From: an uncultured bacterium
GTDB taxonomy: Bacteria; Hydrothermota; Tepidihabitantia; Tepidihabitantales; JBDRVQ01
Assembly (NCBI GenBank): GCA_964425275.1
Contig: CAYRLZ010000019.1
Coordinates: forward strand, 1 to 60,629
Length of the DNA stretch: 60,629 bases
Reading direction: 5' to 3'
The position numbers were made by a program, and so were the translations under genes. Shown here piece after piece: positions 47,035-57,700 of the stretch (position 1 is the first letter of the stretch; each line of letters opens with the position of its first letter). Below the pieces are notes generated by a model. That model searched no databases. It was not told the DNA's origin and saw only the letters and a list, made by a program, of their open reading frames with translations.

Positions 47035-47538
47035 TTATTTTTTAACGACCAATTCTATTTCCATCTCCTTCACAATATTTAAGAGATGATTTCTCAAGAG
47101 TTTAAGAAACCGGGGGAGATATTTCTCTAAGAAACCGAAGAGATGGGGATGAAAATAGATAAAACCTACCTTATTTAAGGAAAATATACCGGAATAGTAG
47201 TTAAATGTCTCTTCGGTAAAAAACCGATGATGAGTTGGATCCTTAAAGGCGAGATAAGAGGAGTAATAAGGAACCCGGATATGAACTTGGGCGCCACTCT
47301 TACCGATTCGCCATATCTCATTCATAACCTTCCCTGTGTCCGAGATATGCTCAAGGCAATGGATGGCAATTACCTTATCAAACGAACTGTCCGGAAAAGG
47401 ATAGGGAGTTTTTTCTAAATCCCAAACAACCTCTACATCTGGGAAGGGAGATTTATCTAAATGGCAGACCTCTTCTCCTTCTTTTCCCGGATAGGGTTTT
47501 AAGCCACTCCCTAGTTCAAGAATTTTTACTTTCGCCAT
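47035..47538 (-). CDS. small class I SAM-dependent methyltransferase
   Basis: 167 aa with ILELGSG (motif I) and VIAIHCLEHI. Confidence 0.7.
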   Translation of the reverse strand: MAKVKILELGSGLKPYPGKEGEEVCHLDKSPFPDVEVVWDLEKTPYPFPDSSFDKVIAIHCLEHISDTGKVMNEIWRIGKSGAQVHIRVPYYSSYLAFKDPTHHRFFTEETFNYYSGIFSLNKVGFIYFHPHLFGFLEKYLPRFLKLLRNHLLNIVKEMEIELVVKK

Positions 47539-47582
47539 CCCTTAAAGGTAAGAGAAATTCACTAAATGTCAACTGCTTTTGG

Positions 47583-47621
47583 GATTAAAATTTAGGGGAA
47601 CCTGATAAAAAGGTTTCCCCC
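47583..47621 (-). terminator. minus-strand terminator-like hairpin downstream of array 2
   Basis: On the minus strand: GGGGAAACCT-tttatc-AGGTTCCCC followed by TAAATTTTAAT. There is no T-run on the + strand. Confidence 0.5.
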
Positions 47622-47646
47622 AGGAAACTTCTATCCATTAGAATCA

Positions 47647-47956
47647 CTGGATATTAACCTTTGCTACGATGAGGCATAGAGCCAATAATAGCACTCTGAA
47701 TAGAACAGTTTATAGGAAGGAGAATAGCATCACCAATAGCATCTCCAATAGGAGAGAGAATAGATTTCTGTATAGGAAGGAGAATAGACCTCTCAATAGA
47801 AAAGAGAATAGGATTATCAATAGGAAAGAGAATAGGGTAGGAAATAGAATTCCGAATAGGCAGGAGAATAGGGTATAGAATAGGGCATTTAATACCATCC
47901 TAAATAGCACCCCCTGTAGCACTCCCCCCTTCAAAAAGAAAAATCCCCTTCGGTGC
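47647..47956. repeat. AATAG-core 12-nt phased repeat array, copy 2 (21 units at 47670-47921, plus conserved flanks)
   Basis: Same flanks, unit count and phase as 16351-16667, with diverged inter-core positions. Confidence 0.9.
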
Positions 47957-48063
47957 TGGGTGGCTTAGTCGCAGATAAAAGGAGTTAGGTCTTTTTAATT
48001 AGTTATTATCTTATCTCATTTTTACCTCCCCAGTATAAAATATAAGTTATTGATTTAACTTCA

Positions 48064-48126
48064 CTTAATAAAATTAGCCTTTTTCTCATATCTAAATATA
48101 GAGTAAAAATCCGCTCAAAGTGTTTC
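48064..48126. repeat. 63-nt conserved block, copy 2
   Basis: Identical to 16699-16761. Confidence 0.9.
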
Positions 48127-48194
48127 ATGGAATTTTAATTTTCAAAAGAGAGAAATATCATTTCGGAATGAGTTGAGAAGGGTTTGGAATGAGT

Positions 48195-49778
48195 TTAAAA
48201 TAACTTTCGGCTATAGGATAGACTTATCTTCTCCGAAGAAAAACTCTTCTCCTTTGCCGAAGAGAAGATACTGAAATCGCCATTGAGATTTAAGATGTCC
48301 TGTTTCGTCAGAGAATAATTAAGACCCGAACGGAAAGAAGTGTTTTTGCCTAAAGCGGAAGGTTGATAGGAAAGGGTGAGATTACCTTTCAACCGACCTT
48401 TTAATAAAGGGGGTGGACTTGCGGTCAAATTATAACTCTGGTAGTTCGGTTTCGGTTGGGTATCAGAAGGTGAAAGATTGAATACCCGACTGAAAGAAGT
48501 AGAGAAGGTAATCGGGATTTTTAAGCTGAGGGAATAATTTAATCCTGTGGTTAAAGTTCGGCGGGAAGGCGAGGAAGAGATTGGAATTTTATTCTTATAA
48601 TCCTGATAGGTCAAAATCAAATTGAGATTCTGATCGAAGCCAAAAGCCGAATAGCGAAAGTTTGGTGTGAGATTTAAGTTTTGGATTAAAGTATTAACCT
48701 TAAAACTATCGCTTATCCCCTCTCTTTCTTTTAATGTCGCCTTCCCATTATAATTGAGATTTATATTTACCACTTTTAGTGGTGTGGTGCGGAGAGAAAA
48801 ACCTAAGCCCCGATTTTGGGTGGTCGCTAATTTATCGTTGATTAAGTTATCCTCCTCTCTTTCCCAACTTACCCCCATCTCAGTTTTCGGAATGATTTTC
48901 ATTGTAATCCCAATCTTAAATCTTCGGGAATCGTTTTTCCGATAAGAAAGCCCCAGAGAGGTAAAACCAGGACCAATTTGCCCTAAGGAGAAATCAAGGG
49001 TGAAGAGTTTATGATTAAACTTCAATCCACCCCGGAAGGCGTAATCAACTCGGGAGGAATAACGGGGCTGGTAGAAAGAATAGGCAAAGCGCGGAACCTC
49101 TTTCAAGTAGATGGTATCGCTTCTTAAATCCCGGGTATGGACACTACCGGTAACCTCAAAGTCAAAGAAAAGATAACGGAAGAGAGAGAAATTGGAACCA
49201 AAACCGAGAACTAAATTCTCCTGGGGGGCTAAGGGTAGGGTATCTTTCATCTTGATTGAACTCGTATCGTCCTTCGCCTTCAGGATGGTCAAAGATAGAA
49301 AATCCGCGCCCAATTTCAAACCATAGAGATAACGATTATACGACCATTCACTCGTATCCGCCCTTTTTGCCCGACCGCCAACCAGAGAGAAGCGAAACCT
49401 TTTCGGAAATAGTTCAATCCCGGCCCCATAGAGCGAGACATTAGATAAGGTATATTCGGAAAAGGCCGGCGAGAAATCACCGAGATATATCCTCCCCCAT
49501 CCCCAGGATGGGTTGAGATTAAACTGATGCACCCTTTGCGCCGTGAATCTGTCCTCGGAGGTGTAAAATAGACCAAACCCAACACTAAATAAAGGGAAAC
49601 CAAACGCCGAGTTCAGGGAGAGATGGTAAGATGATGAAGGCTTTCGCTTCTTAGTTGTGTCCGAATTGTGATAAAAATCAAAACCCGAGGAGAACTCACC
49701 CGTAAGGGTTGGCTTCGGTATCCTTATCGCCCAAAGCCAAGAAAAGAAAAAGAGGAAGAGGAAAATAATCCGAGTCAT
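48195..49778 (-). CDS. outer-membrane beta-barrel protein (family unknown)
   Basis: 527 aa with a signal peptide. Alternating-hydrophobicity strands throughout. The C-terminal ...LSYSRKLF ends in an aromatic residue typical of OMPs. Confidence 0.65.
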   Translation of the reverse strand: MTRIIFLFLFFFSWLWAIRIPKPTLTGEFSSGFDFYHNSDTTKKRKPSSSYHLSLNSAFGFPLFSVGFGLFYTSEDRFTAQRVHQFNLNPSWGWGRIYLGDFSPAFSEYTLSNVSLYGAGIELFPKRFRFSLVGGRAKRADTSEWSYNRYLYGLKLGADFLSLTILKAKDDTSSIKMKDTLPLAPQENLVLGFGSNFSLFRYLFFDFEVTGSVHTRDLRSDTIYLKEVPRFAYSFYQPRYSSRVDYAFRGGLKFNHKLFTLDFSLGQIGPGFTSLGLSYRKNDSRRFKIGITMKIIPKTEMGVSWEREEDNLINDKLATTQNRGLGFSLRTTPLKVVNINLNYNGKATLKEREGISDSFKVNTLIQNLNLTPNFRYSAFGFDQNLNLILTYQDYKNKIPISSSPSRRTLTTGLNYSLSLKIPITFSTSFSRVFNLSPSDTQPKPNYQSYNLTASPPPLLKGRLKGNLTLSYQPSALGKNTSFRSGLNYSLTKQDILNLNGDFSIFSSAKEKSFSSEKISLSYSRKLF

Positions 49779-51769
49779 CTTTCCGGTCGCAAAACCTCGG
49801 ACCGCTCACTCTCATTCCCCGAGGTATCAAAGACCGTAACCCAGTAGTAGTAGTTCTCATTACCCGTAGGGTCAGAGAATCGATTCTCTTTTAGTATCGC
49901 CTTATTCAATCTCTCCGGAATCCCGGTTGGCAGATTAGCCCGATAGACATTATAACCCAAAAGGTCATCAATCCTCACCTCCTCCCAGGTCAAAAGGACT
50001 GTCCCTTCTTTATAAATAACCTTTAATTCTTTCACTGGTGGTGGTGGAGATATATCCCTCGGTATTATCTCAAAACTCTTCTTCTCGCTCTCATTACCAA
50101 CGCTATCAACCGCGGAGACATAGTAAAAGTATCTCTTCCCTTTTGCCACTTCTTTATCCAGGTAATTATTAGTATCCCGCGGAACTTCTTTCCGGAGTAA
50201 AACCTCTTGCCCTTCTTCCTGACGATAGACCCGATACTTTGCCAAATCCGGTGTCAGACTCACCGGCCAGATAACCTCCACACTGCCATCATCATTATTT
50301 TTACAATAGATTGAAGGTGGCGGACTGGGCGGCTCATCATCCGGAATCTTCACTTCTACTAACTCCCTCGGACTTTCATTCAGGGCAACATCAACCTGAG
50401 AGACATAATAGTAATAGGTCCGACCCGGATACAACCCTCTTTTGGCAAAGCCGGAGTCAACAAAACTGGTAATCTCCTTTTTTATTGGCGGTCCAACCAG
50501 ACGAAATGGGTTATCCTTCTCTTCGGCCCGATAGACATAATAACCATCCAAATCCGGTGTCATCTGTGGTTGCCAATTCAATTCGACGATGTGCTTCTCT
50601 ACCTTGGCTTGGAGATTGGTTACGGGTGGTGGCGGTGTTGTATCCTTGGGCAGACCAAAGGCAGCGGTTGACTGCCTTCCCTCTAAGCCATCGTCATCAA
50701 TTGCCGCTACCCGATAGACATACAACATTCCGGTCGCGCTCACATCCCGGTCAACAAATCTCCGCTCCTCCTTTGGTATCGGTTTTGGGTTAATCTTCTT
50801 AAACTCACCGTGGATTGACCAACTCCGATAGATATTATAACCGATAACATCTTCATCCGGGGAAGGCTCCCATTCTAAAACAATCGCCCCTTCTTCCGAA
50901 GTAGCATTGACGACCGGTGGGGGTGCGGGTGGGGTTATATCCTTTAACTTGACCAGAACAATCTCTGATTTCAAACCCTCTGCGCCCACGAGGTCAACCG
51001 GAGTTATGTAATACTGGTAAGTCTTCCCTTCCAAAACATTCTTATCAATATAGAAGAGTTTCTCTCCGGTTCTCAGATAAGGAAAGGGCAAGACCTTCTT
51101 AAAATCCTTCTCATCTTCGCTCTTCTTATAGATATTAAAGCCGACCACCAGGTCTCTTTTATCACCCGTCCATTTGGGATATTCCCAGTTAAGTCGCAGC
51201 TGGTCCTTGCCAACCGTAAAAGTAATCTTCTCTACCCTTTTATCCGGTGGTCGGTGTTTCTGCACCAAAGCCTTCTCTTCACCCTTAAAGAACTCTTCTC
51301 CTTTGTAATTCAAGAAGGCGATGCGGTAGGTATATTCTTCGCCCGGATTTACCATTGAATCAATATAAATCTTTCCCAAGACTAATGCTACTTTTCGACT
51401 GACTAATGATAATGCGCCGCCGATACCCGGGTCTTTCAGTTTTCTCAGAAGGGAGAATTCGTCTTCGGTCTTTAAGGCATTACTGAGCCATTGATACTCC
51501 TCTTCACCCAAGATATCCCGGGCAAGAAATGGCTCATTTATTGGCGTTATCGGCTCCGGGGTTAAAAGCAAAAACTCTCTTTCGCCGCTCTTTTGGCGAT
51601 AGACATTAAATCCGACCATCTCCTTTGGTGGGGAGGCGAGGATTAAATAGACCTTGACTTCATCAGGAATTAGGAAAAATGGCGGGGCCTTGGTTTGCGC
51701 CCAAGTGAAAAAGAATAAGCCGCTGAGCGCAAAAAGGCTTAAGATATTCTTTGCCGACCTTTTCATCAT
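49775..51769 (-). CDS. secreted protein with multiple fibronectin type III-like domains
   Basis: 664 aa with a signal peptide. At least six repeats with D(I/T)(T/S)PP(P)P linkers and (G)Y(N/Y/R)(I/V)YR motifs. The stop overlaps the downstream start (ATGA). Confidence 0.75.
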   Translation of the reverse strand: MMKRSAKNILSLFALSGLFFFTWAQTKAPPFFLIPDEVKVYLILASPPKEMVGFNVYRQKSGEREFLLLTPEPITPINEPFLARDILGEEEYQWLSNALKTEDEFSLLRKLKDPGIGGALSLVSRKVALVLGKIYIDSMVNPGEEYTYRIAFLNYKGEEFFKGEEKALVQKHRPPDKRVEKITFTVGKDQLRLNWEYPKWTGDKRDLVVGFNIYKKSEDEKDFKKVLPFPYLRTGEKLFYIDKNVLEGKTYQYYITPVDLVGAEGLKSEIVLVKLKDITPPAPPPVVNATSEEGAIVLEWEPSPDEDVIGYNIYRSWSIHGEFKKINPKPIPKEERRFVDRDVSATGMLYVYRVAAIDDDGLEGRQSTAAFGLPKDTTPPPPVTNLQAKVEKHIVELNWQPQMTPDLDGYYVYRAEEKDNPFRLVGPPIKKEITSFVDSGFAKRGLYPGRTYYYYVSQVDVALNESPRELVEVKIPDDEPPSPPPSIYCKNNDDGSVEVIWPVSLTPDLAKYRVYRQEEGQEVLLRKEVPRDTNNYLDKEVAKGKRYFYYVSAVDSVGNESEKKSFEIIPRDISPPPPVKELKVIYKEGTVLLTWEEVRIDDLLGYNVYRANLPTGIPERLNKAILKENRFSDPTGNENYYYWVTVFDTSGNESERSEVLRPER

Positions 51770-51776
51770 CTCCTCC

Positions 51777-54700
51777 CTAATAACTAAATCGCACCGAAGA
51801 GAATGTGCTTAATCCCGCGCCATTGATCGCGGAAACCTTAAAGATATAAAACCTCCCGCTGGCTATCCCAATCGTGCGGAGTTGACTGGGGGTGAAGGCG
51901 ATACTTCTCATCCCAGTGGGCGCATCGGTCCAGTTGGTAATTGGGTCGCCGTTTTCCGCTTCAAAACGGAAACGATAGGCATAGATACCCGACTCTCGGT
52001 CATAGGTGCTATCCCAGGCAAAGGTGTAATATAAATTCTTTGTGTAACGGACACCAAAAGAAGGTGGTGGTGTCTGATCCGAAAATTGAACAATCAAGGA
52101 GGCGGTATCCATACTCTCTAAGGTCATCGGCTCAATTGTTGGCAACCTTGAATGATTAAAAGCCCGAACCGTCAAAAATAATGTATCCCCATTTTTCAAA
52201 GGAGAGGAGGGAAGCGCATAGAAATAGGCAAAGGTCGGAGAAAGCCTCGTGGTATCAACAACATCAGTCCCAAACGGTCTCTTGCCAATGGAATAGACAT
52301 AGCGCCAAATCCCTGATTCTCGGTCCTCTGACCTCTGCCAGCGGGCAAATAGGGTCTGGGGTCCGCGATAAAGGGTCTGCAAGAATTCAAGGATTTGAGG
52401 TTTAGTTGGCGGCGAGGTATCAATTTTTATTACCTTCTCTCCTTCCGCACCCCACAAACCAACTCCATTCTTTGCCTTCACCCCTAATTTATAGGTTTCG
52501 CCCGAAGCAAGACGCAGATTTCGGATATTCACCTCGGTCCGGCCACCAGAAGATGTCCAGTCTAAAACCGGATTATAAACATACCGCCTCAAAACTGGAC
52601 TATAGAAATAACTACCCAATCGGTATTGATACTCCTCAATCCCGGACTCACCATCAAAGGCGGACCATTGAGCATAAATCTGACCGGAACTGGCAATAAG
52701 CGTGTCCGTAGTTATTGCTGGTCTTGTTGGCGGCGTGGTATCAAGCGAACTCATCCGGTTTCGCTGCGGTGGGACATCCGGACCATAATAATCGACCCGA
52801 ACTACCCCTTTTCTGGTTATCGGATAGCCACCCGCACCCCTGGCGCGTAAGAATATGCCGTAGTCACCTGGCTCAGTGATTTTTGATATGAATGGTAGCC
52901 AGAGGCTTCGGGCTAATCCCAAGGTCTTGGGAGAGGGGAGTATTCTAAACCTTTCCCCTTCCTTTCTCAACCAGAAACTATAGTCAACAACCCTTACCGG
53001 ATGGGTTGCCGACCAAGAGAGGTTAAGCCGACCAAAGCCACTGGGCATTGTCGCATCGGAGATGTATTCGCCCGGAAAAGATGTGATTCTTGGCGGCGTC
53101 AAAAGTCGTGCCAATTCCGACTTTCTCCTTGATGCCGGACTAAAGTTTAATGTTCGGGCAATCATCGGATAGGTCCTTCCTCTAATCGTTACTGTCCTTC
53201 TCGGAACCGGTGTTGGCACATCACCAGAAAGTTCAATCTGGTCATAAAGGTCATAGAGCAATTCATAAAATTCGCTCTTCCGAGCATAGACCCGGTCCAA
53301 GGAATTTGTCCAGTTCGCCCAGGAACGGGAAAAATTACCCGTGCTCCTCTGATAAACCGCAATCACTGTATCCCTCCTTTCCGGCGCTCGCCTTAAAATC
53401 TCCTGATAGCCGGCCTTGGGGATATTATACCAGATCTCCATTCCGAAACTCACCCACATATTCCGCAGACCTTCAAGGTCCGAAGGAATCGGTGGCCAAT
53501 TCTCAACCGGTTCCTGAAGCAAGACACGATAAATGATCTCTCGCCGGCTGTTGGTCCAAATCACCAATGGCAATGAGTCGATCCGGTTAACCGCACTCCA
53601 CAAAAATCTAAGAAGGGCGGTGCTACAGGGCAAATTCCCCCGCCAGACAACTCTCCCCCCAACGGTGTCCTCCCGATAAATCTGGCGGTTAAAGAAGAAA
53701 TTAATCTTGCGCGCGGCATTATTCTGGTTCTTATCCAGATATTGACCAAAGAGCCAGTAGTAGTCAATCACCTTCTGGTAACCCTGATAATAAAGACTGC
53801 AAAGAGTAGACATATCATTTCTCTGATACCGGGTGCTAATATATAAGAGGCTATCTAATTTTAATAGTTTCTCATCAATCACCCCAGCAATCCTTAAAAG
53901 TTCCTGGCGGTATTGCTCATTATCGCTCTTGGCATTATTTATTGCTCCCTTCTGCTCATCGGCCTGAGTATAATCAATATCATAACCGACCTGGGCGGTA
54001 ACAGTAAACCCTGTATCTGTGCCTTGGACCGTAATTGTTTGGGAATTTTTCCCTCTCAGTGGTGAGCCTAACAACCCAACCTCCCTTACCGTTGGCAACC
54101 TTTCTTCTAAGATTGCCCGATAACCCTCAAGCCTTCGGTTAACCCTTGCCTGGGTGCTATCAATCTCACTCCGGAGGAAATAACCAGTCAACCTCTCTTT
54201 CTCATTTAAGGTATCCCTCATCCTTTTCAACTCCGCGGAGACCGGGTCAAAGATTCCCGAATCCCTCTGGGAGGCAAAAATCGCCGGCAGTGTTCCAAAA
54301 ATCATTAGCCAACGATTCACTTCTATGTCATACCAACTGCGATAGTTTTCATATTGCCAGCCACTCACCTCAACCAATGCCATCCCGGCCCTTTGCCTCT
54401 GTTCCTCGCTCAAGGCGAACATTGTCATCTTCGCCTCATCCATTGCCTCCTTCACCCGCTCCTTTTCCGCCTCCATCTCATTCGCCATATTCCTCGCATC
54501 CGCAATCAACTGGTCATACCTTGAATTTCTCCCGGTTCCGCCATCAAAACCATTCTTGCCCATTGCGACCCAGATGCTACCATTAAATACCTCAACCCAT
54601 AACGCCTCAACCCGTAAGCTACCAACGCAATAGATTAGATATTCCGGCTCACCAATCAAAGCCCCTTCTAAACCAAAACTAACACCAGCCAATCCCCATA

Positions 54701-57700
54701 AGATCTCCCCCTCCGCCCGGACACCGGCATAACCACCCCAGGACCTCGGGTCAATCTTTTTATACCAGACCATACCATCAAAATCGATACTCCCGCTCAG
54801 GATGTAAATATCAATCCCGAAACCAAATGAGACCTCAAGTAAAAATCCCGGATTACCAATAAAGAAATCGGTTTCCGCATCAACGATCCTGATGACCGAA
54901 AGTTCTGCCCCACCCATAATCCCCCAGGCATCCGGAGAATAGACATAAAATTCAAAATAACCATTTCCGGTGATCAATTCAACGACATCAACATCAATCT
55001 CAACCCGGCCTTCGGCATAAGCCGGATTCCAGCCAACCGAAAGATAAAGCATCCCTTTCGCATCAATCCCCGGCTCCGCAATCTTTAAGACCCTTGCCTC
55101 CGCATCCAGGTCAAACCTTCGGGTCGATAGCGTGAGAAGCGCCTTTCCGGTCACTAAGGCATCGCTTCCCAAGAATTCGACCGCTCCGTAAAGAAGTAAG
55201 GCAAAGGCACCCGGGTCACTGGCGCTCGGCCTCTTCGCTTGAAACTTATTTTCCATCGCCGGTCGGGTGAAACCGCAGTGCGTCCGAACCGTAGCTATAT
55301 CAATCTCCTCCGGATACCAGAAGAAACCACCACCCAAATCAGTCAAGGTAATACCCGGACCAACCGGAACCTGAAGCCCCCGCACCGCCACGAATAGACC
55401 AAATGATGGGTGTCCGTCCCGATTCCCAATCTTACCAACACAGGTAACCCCCATCCCCGAAGTGATATTCAGTGTTCCGGCAAACCTCAGATTTCCGGTG
55501 GGATTAGAATAATCATAATCCGCCAGAAGTTGCATTCCGGCAATCGAGAGGTCCGCACCGGTTAAAGTGACCTTTTTGGAACCACCACTGGTCGGCTTAT
55601 AGACTAAAAGTCGGTCAAAGCCACCGGAGGCAATACTACCACCACTCCCGATATTTATCGCCGCATCCTCCATTAAGAAAAAGCCACGACAACTAATGCT
55701 CTGCGTCCCACTCTGAAAGTTCCTCCTTTCCCCTTCACCGGTCGTCTGGTCAGAATTGAAAGAAAGGGTCGTATCCTTATCACTCCATCGGATTAAACCG
55801 ATACTGATATTAAAAACCTCCAAGATCTTAAAGCCTCCACCCCGAACTGTTGGATATTCAATATCACCATTGGTTCTAATCTTCAAACCCTCAATCCTTG
55901 CCCCACCACCAACCCCATAGACATTAATCCCTAATGAGCAATTGAAGACAAAGGCAAAGGGCAGTGGCTCAATCGCCATCGTTTCCAACTTAAATCGGAT
56001 GACATCACCCAAATTGAGCCTTTTATCCCGAATTACCGGTATGGATGGCGGTAAGTTCCAGTTCAGATTGCCGTTGAAATCAATCGTAATCGCGCCTTCT
56101 AACTGACCTAAGCGATTTAATTCGCCAATCGCCAATCGCCTCTGCTCAACGGGCAGAAGTCGATCCGCATCATCCTTGAACGGAAAGTAGATATCCATCG
56201 CCATCTCAATCTTTGACTGGTTCAATTTCAAGTCGTTATTAACGATGGTTAAGGTTATGCCTAAGTAGGTTAAATCCAGGGTGCAGTCAACTACCGGAAT
56301 CCGAAACTCCGAAAGGTCATTATTTGTTCCCCTCCGGTCCGGAGATAATTCATTCAAAGGCACAATCTTACCAACCGTATTGCCATCCCTGTCAATTAAA
56401 AAACTGAAACGGGTCCGGGGTAAAATCGTATCAATCGGTTTTGGTAGACTCTCAATCTTACCGGTAAACCTCAGATAGTATTGGTTCAAACTGTCATAGA
56501 AATTTATCGTATCTAATTTCAGATAGGGGTTATTGGGGATAAACCGAAATGGGTCGGCGAAGGCAAAACGACCGGTGATTTTACCCTGATGGGTAACCTT
56601 GAAATTGGTAAATTGCGTCAAAACGGTTTGCGTCCCCTGCCGGGAAAGTTTTATATCGCCACAAAACTCCGCCCATAAGGTATCACCGGTCTTACCAACC
56701 GTAATCGCCCGATTAGGACTGATATCGTGCAAGGAAAAGGTAACACCCCATTTGCTAAATTCTTGGGTGGTGGAAAACCCCTTTCCCTCAATCCCGGTCC
56801 TTCTAACGATTAAATCGTTCAACTCGTATAAAGTGACATTGATTACCGGGATATTCAACTTGGCATTCACCGAGATAAAATCAACCGTTCCTCCCCGCTT
56901 CTCAAATCTTAACTTGGTCACTTTCAAAAAGTTATTCTTATAGCCAAAGAAACTGGTATCCGCTCCTGCGCTCCTCTGCACAACACCAGTATCAATCGTT
57001 GAGCGGAATCGGTCCGAAGGATTTAAGACAATCTTGAAATTGGACAAGGTGCAGGATGAAACCGAATTGTTATCGAGAGAGAGCAACTTCATCGTTGCCA
57101 CTGTCCCATCCGGAAAACGATAACGATTGCTTCCCGGTGGACCATCCGGTATTAAGGGATTGCTAATCTCTTTAATTAAGGCAACGCCATCAACCAAAAG
57201 CAATGAGTCAACCCTCAATCCGGTATCGCGAACCACCTCGTAATTGACACTATCTTTTAATTCATTAGGCTCAGTAATCTCAATCTTCAACTTATGAGAG
57301 CCGATGTTTCCCTCACCAGTTGGCAAAGAGATTGAAAAGAAGGAATCGGGTAAGCCATAGGTATGTTGACTGAAAACCCGCCAAGGTGAGTTATCAATCA
57401 AGAACCTTCCCCGGACATCGCCACTCCCCCTTCCCCAAAACTTCACCTTGGCCTGAACCGTCGCATTTACTGGAATCTGTCGGGCAAGGAACAATCGGAC
57501 CGAATCAAGAGAGAACTCCGGTTCTCTTGTCGTCTTATAAGTAAATTGCCAGATCTCACTCTTCCCTTCGTTATCACCAATCGGCACATCATTTCGGTCC
57601 TTGGCTTGAACCTGCCAGCAATAACTCTTATTCTCCTCTAAGGCTTGGGCGGAATTGGGATAGGTGAAACTTATTCGGTCAACAATCACCTCGCTGTGAT

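Noticed and set aside
47669-47934. ORFs 47669-47878 (+) and 47710-47934 (-) across array 2.
   Set aside because: Same reasoning as for array 1. The third minus-frame ORF seen in array 1 is not even preserved here.
52181-57000. Several + strand ORFs (for example 54146-54586 and 56599-56943) opposite the giant protein gene.
   Set aside because: These are antisense frames of a long continuous 2186-aa ORF with a consensus promoter and SD. They are Pro/Ser/Arg-rich and show no signals.
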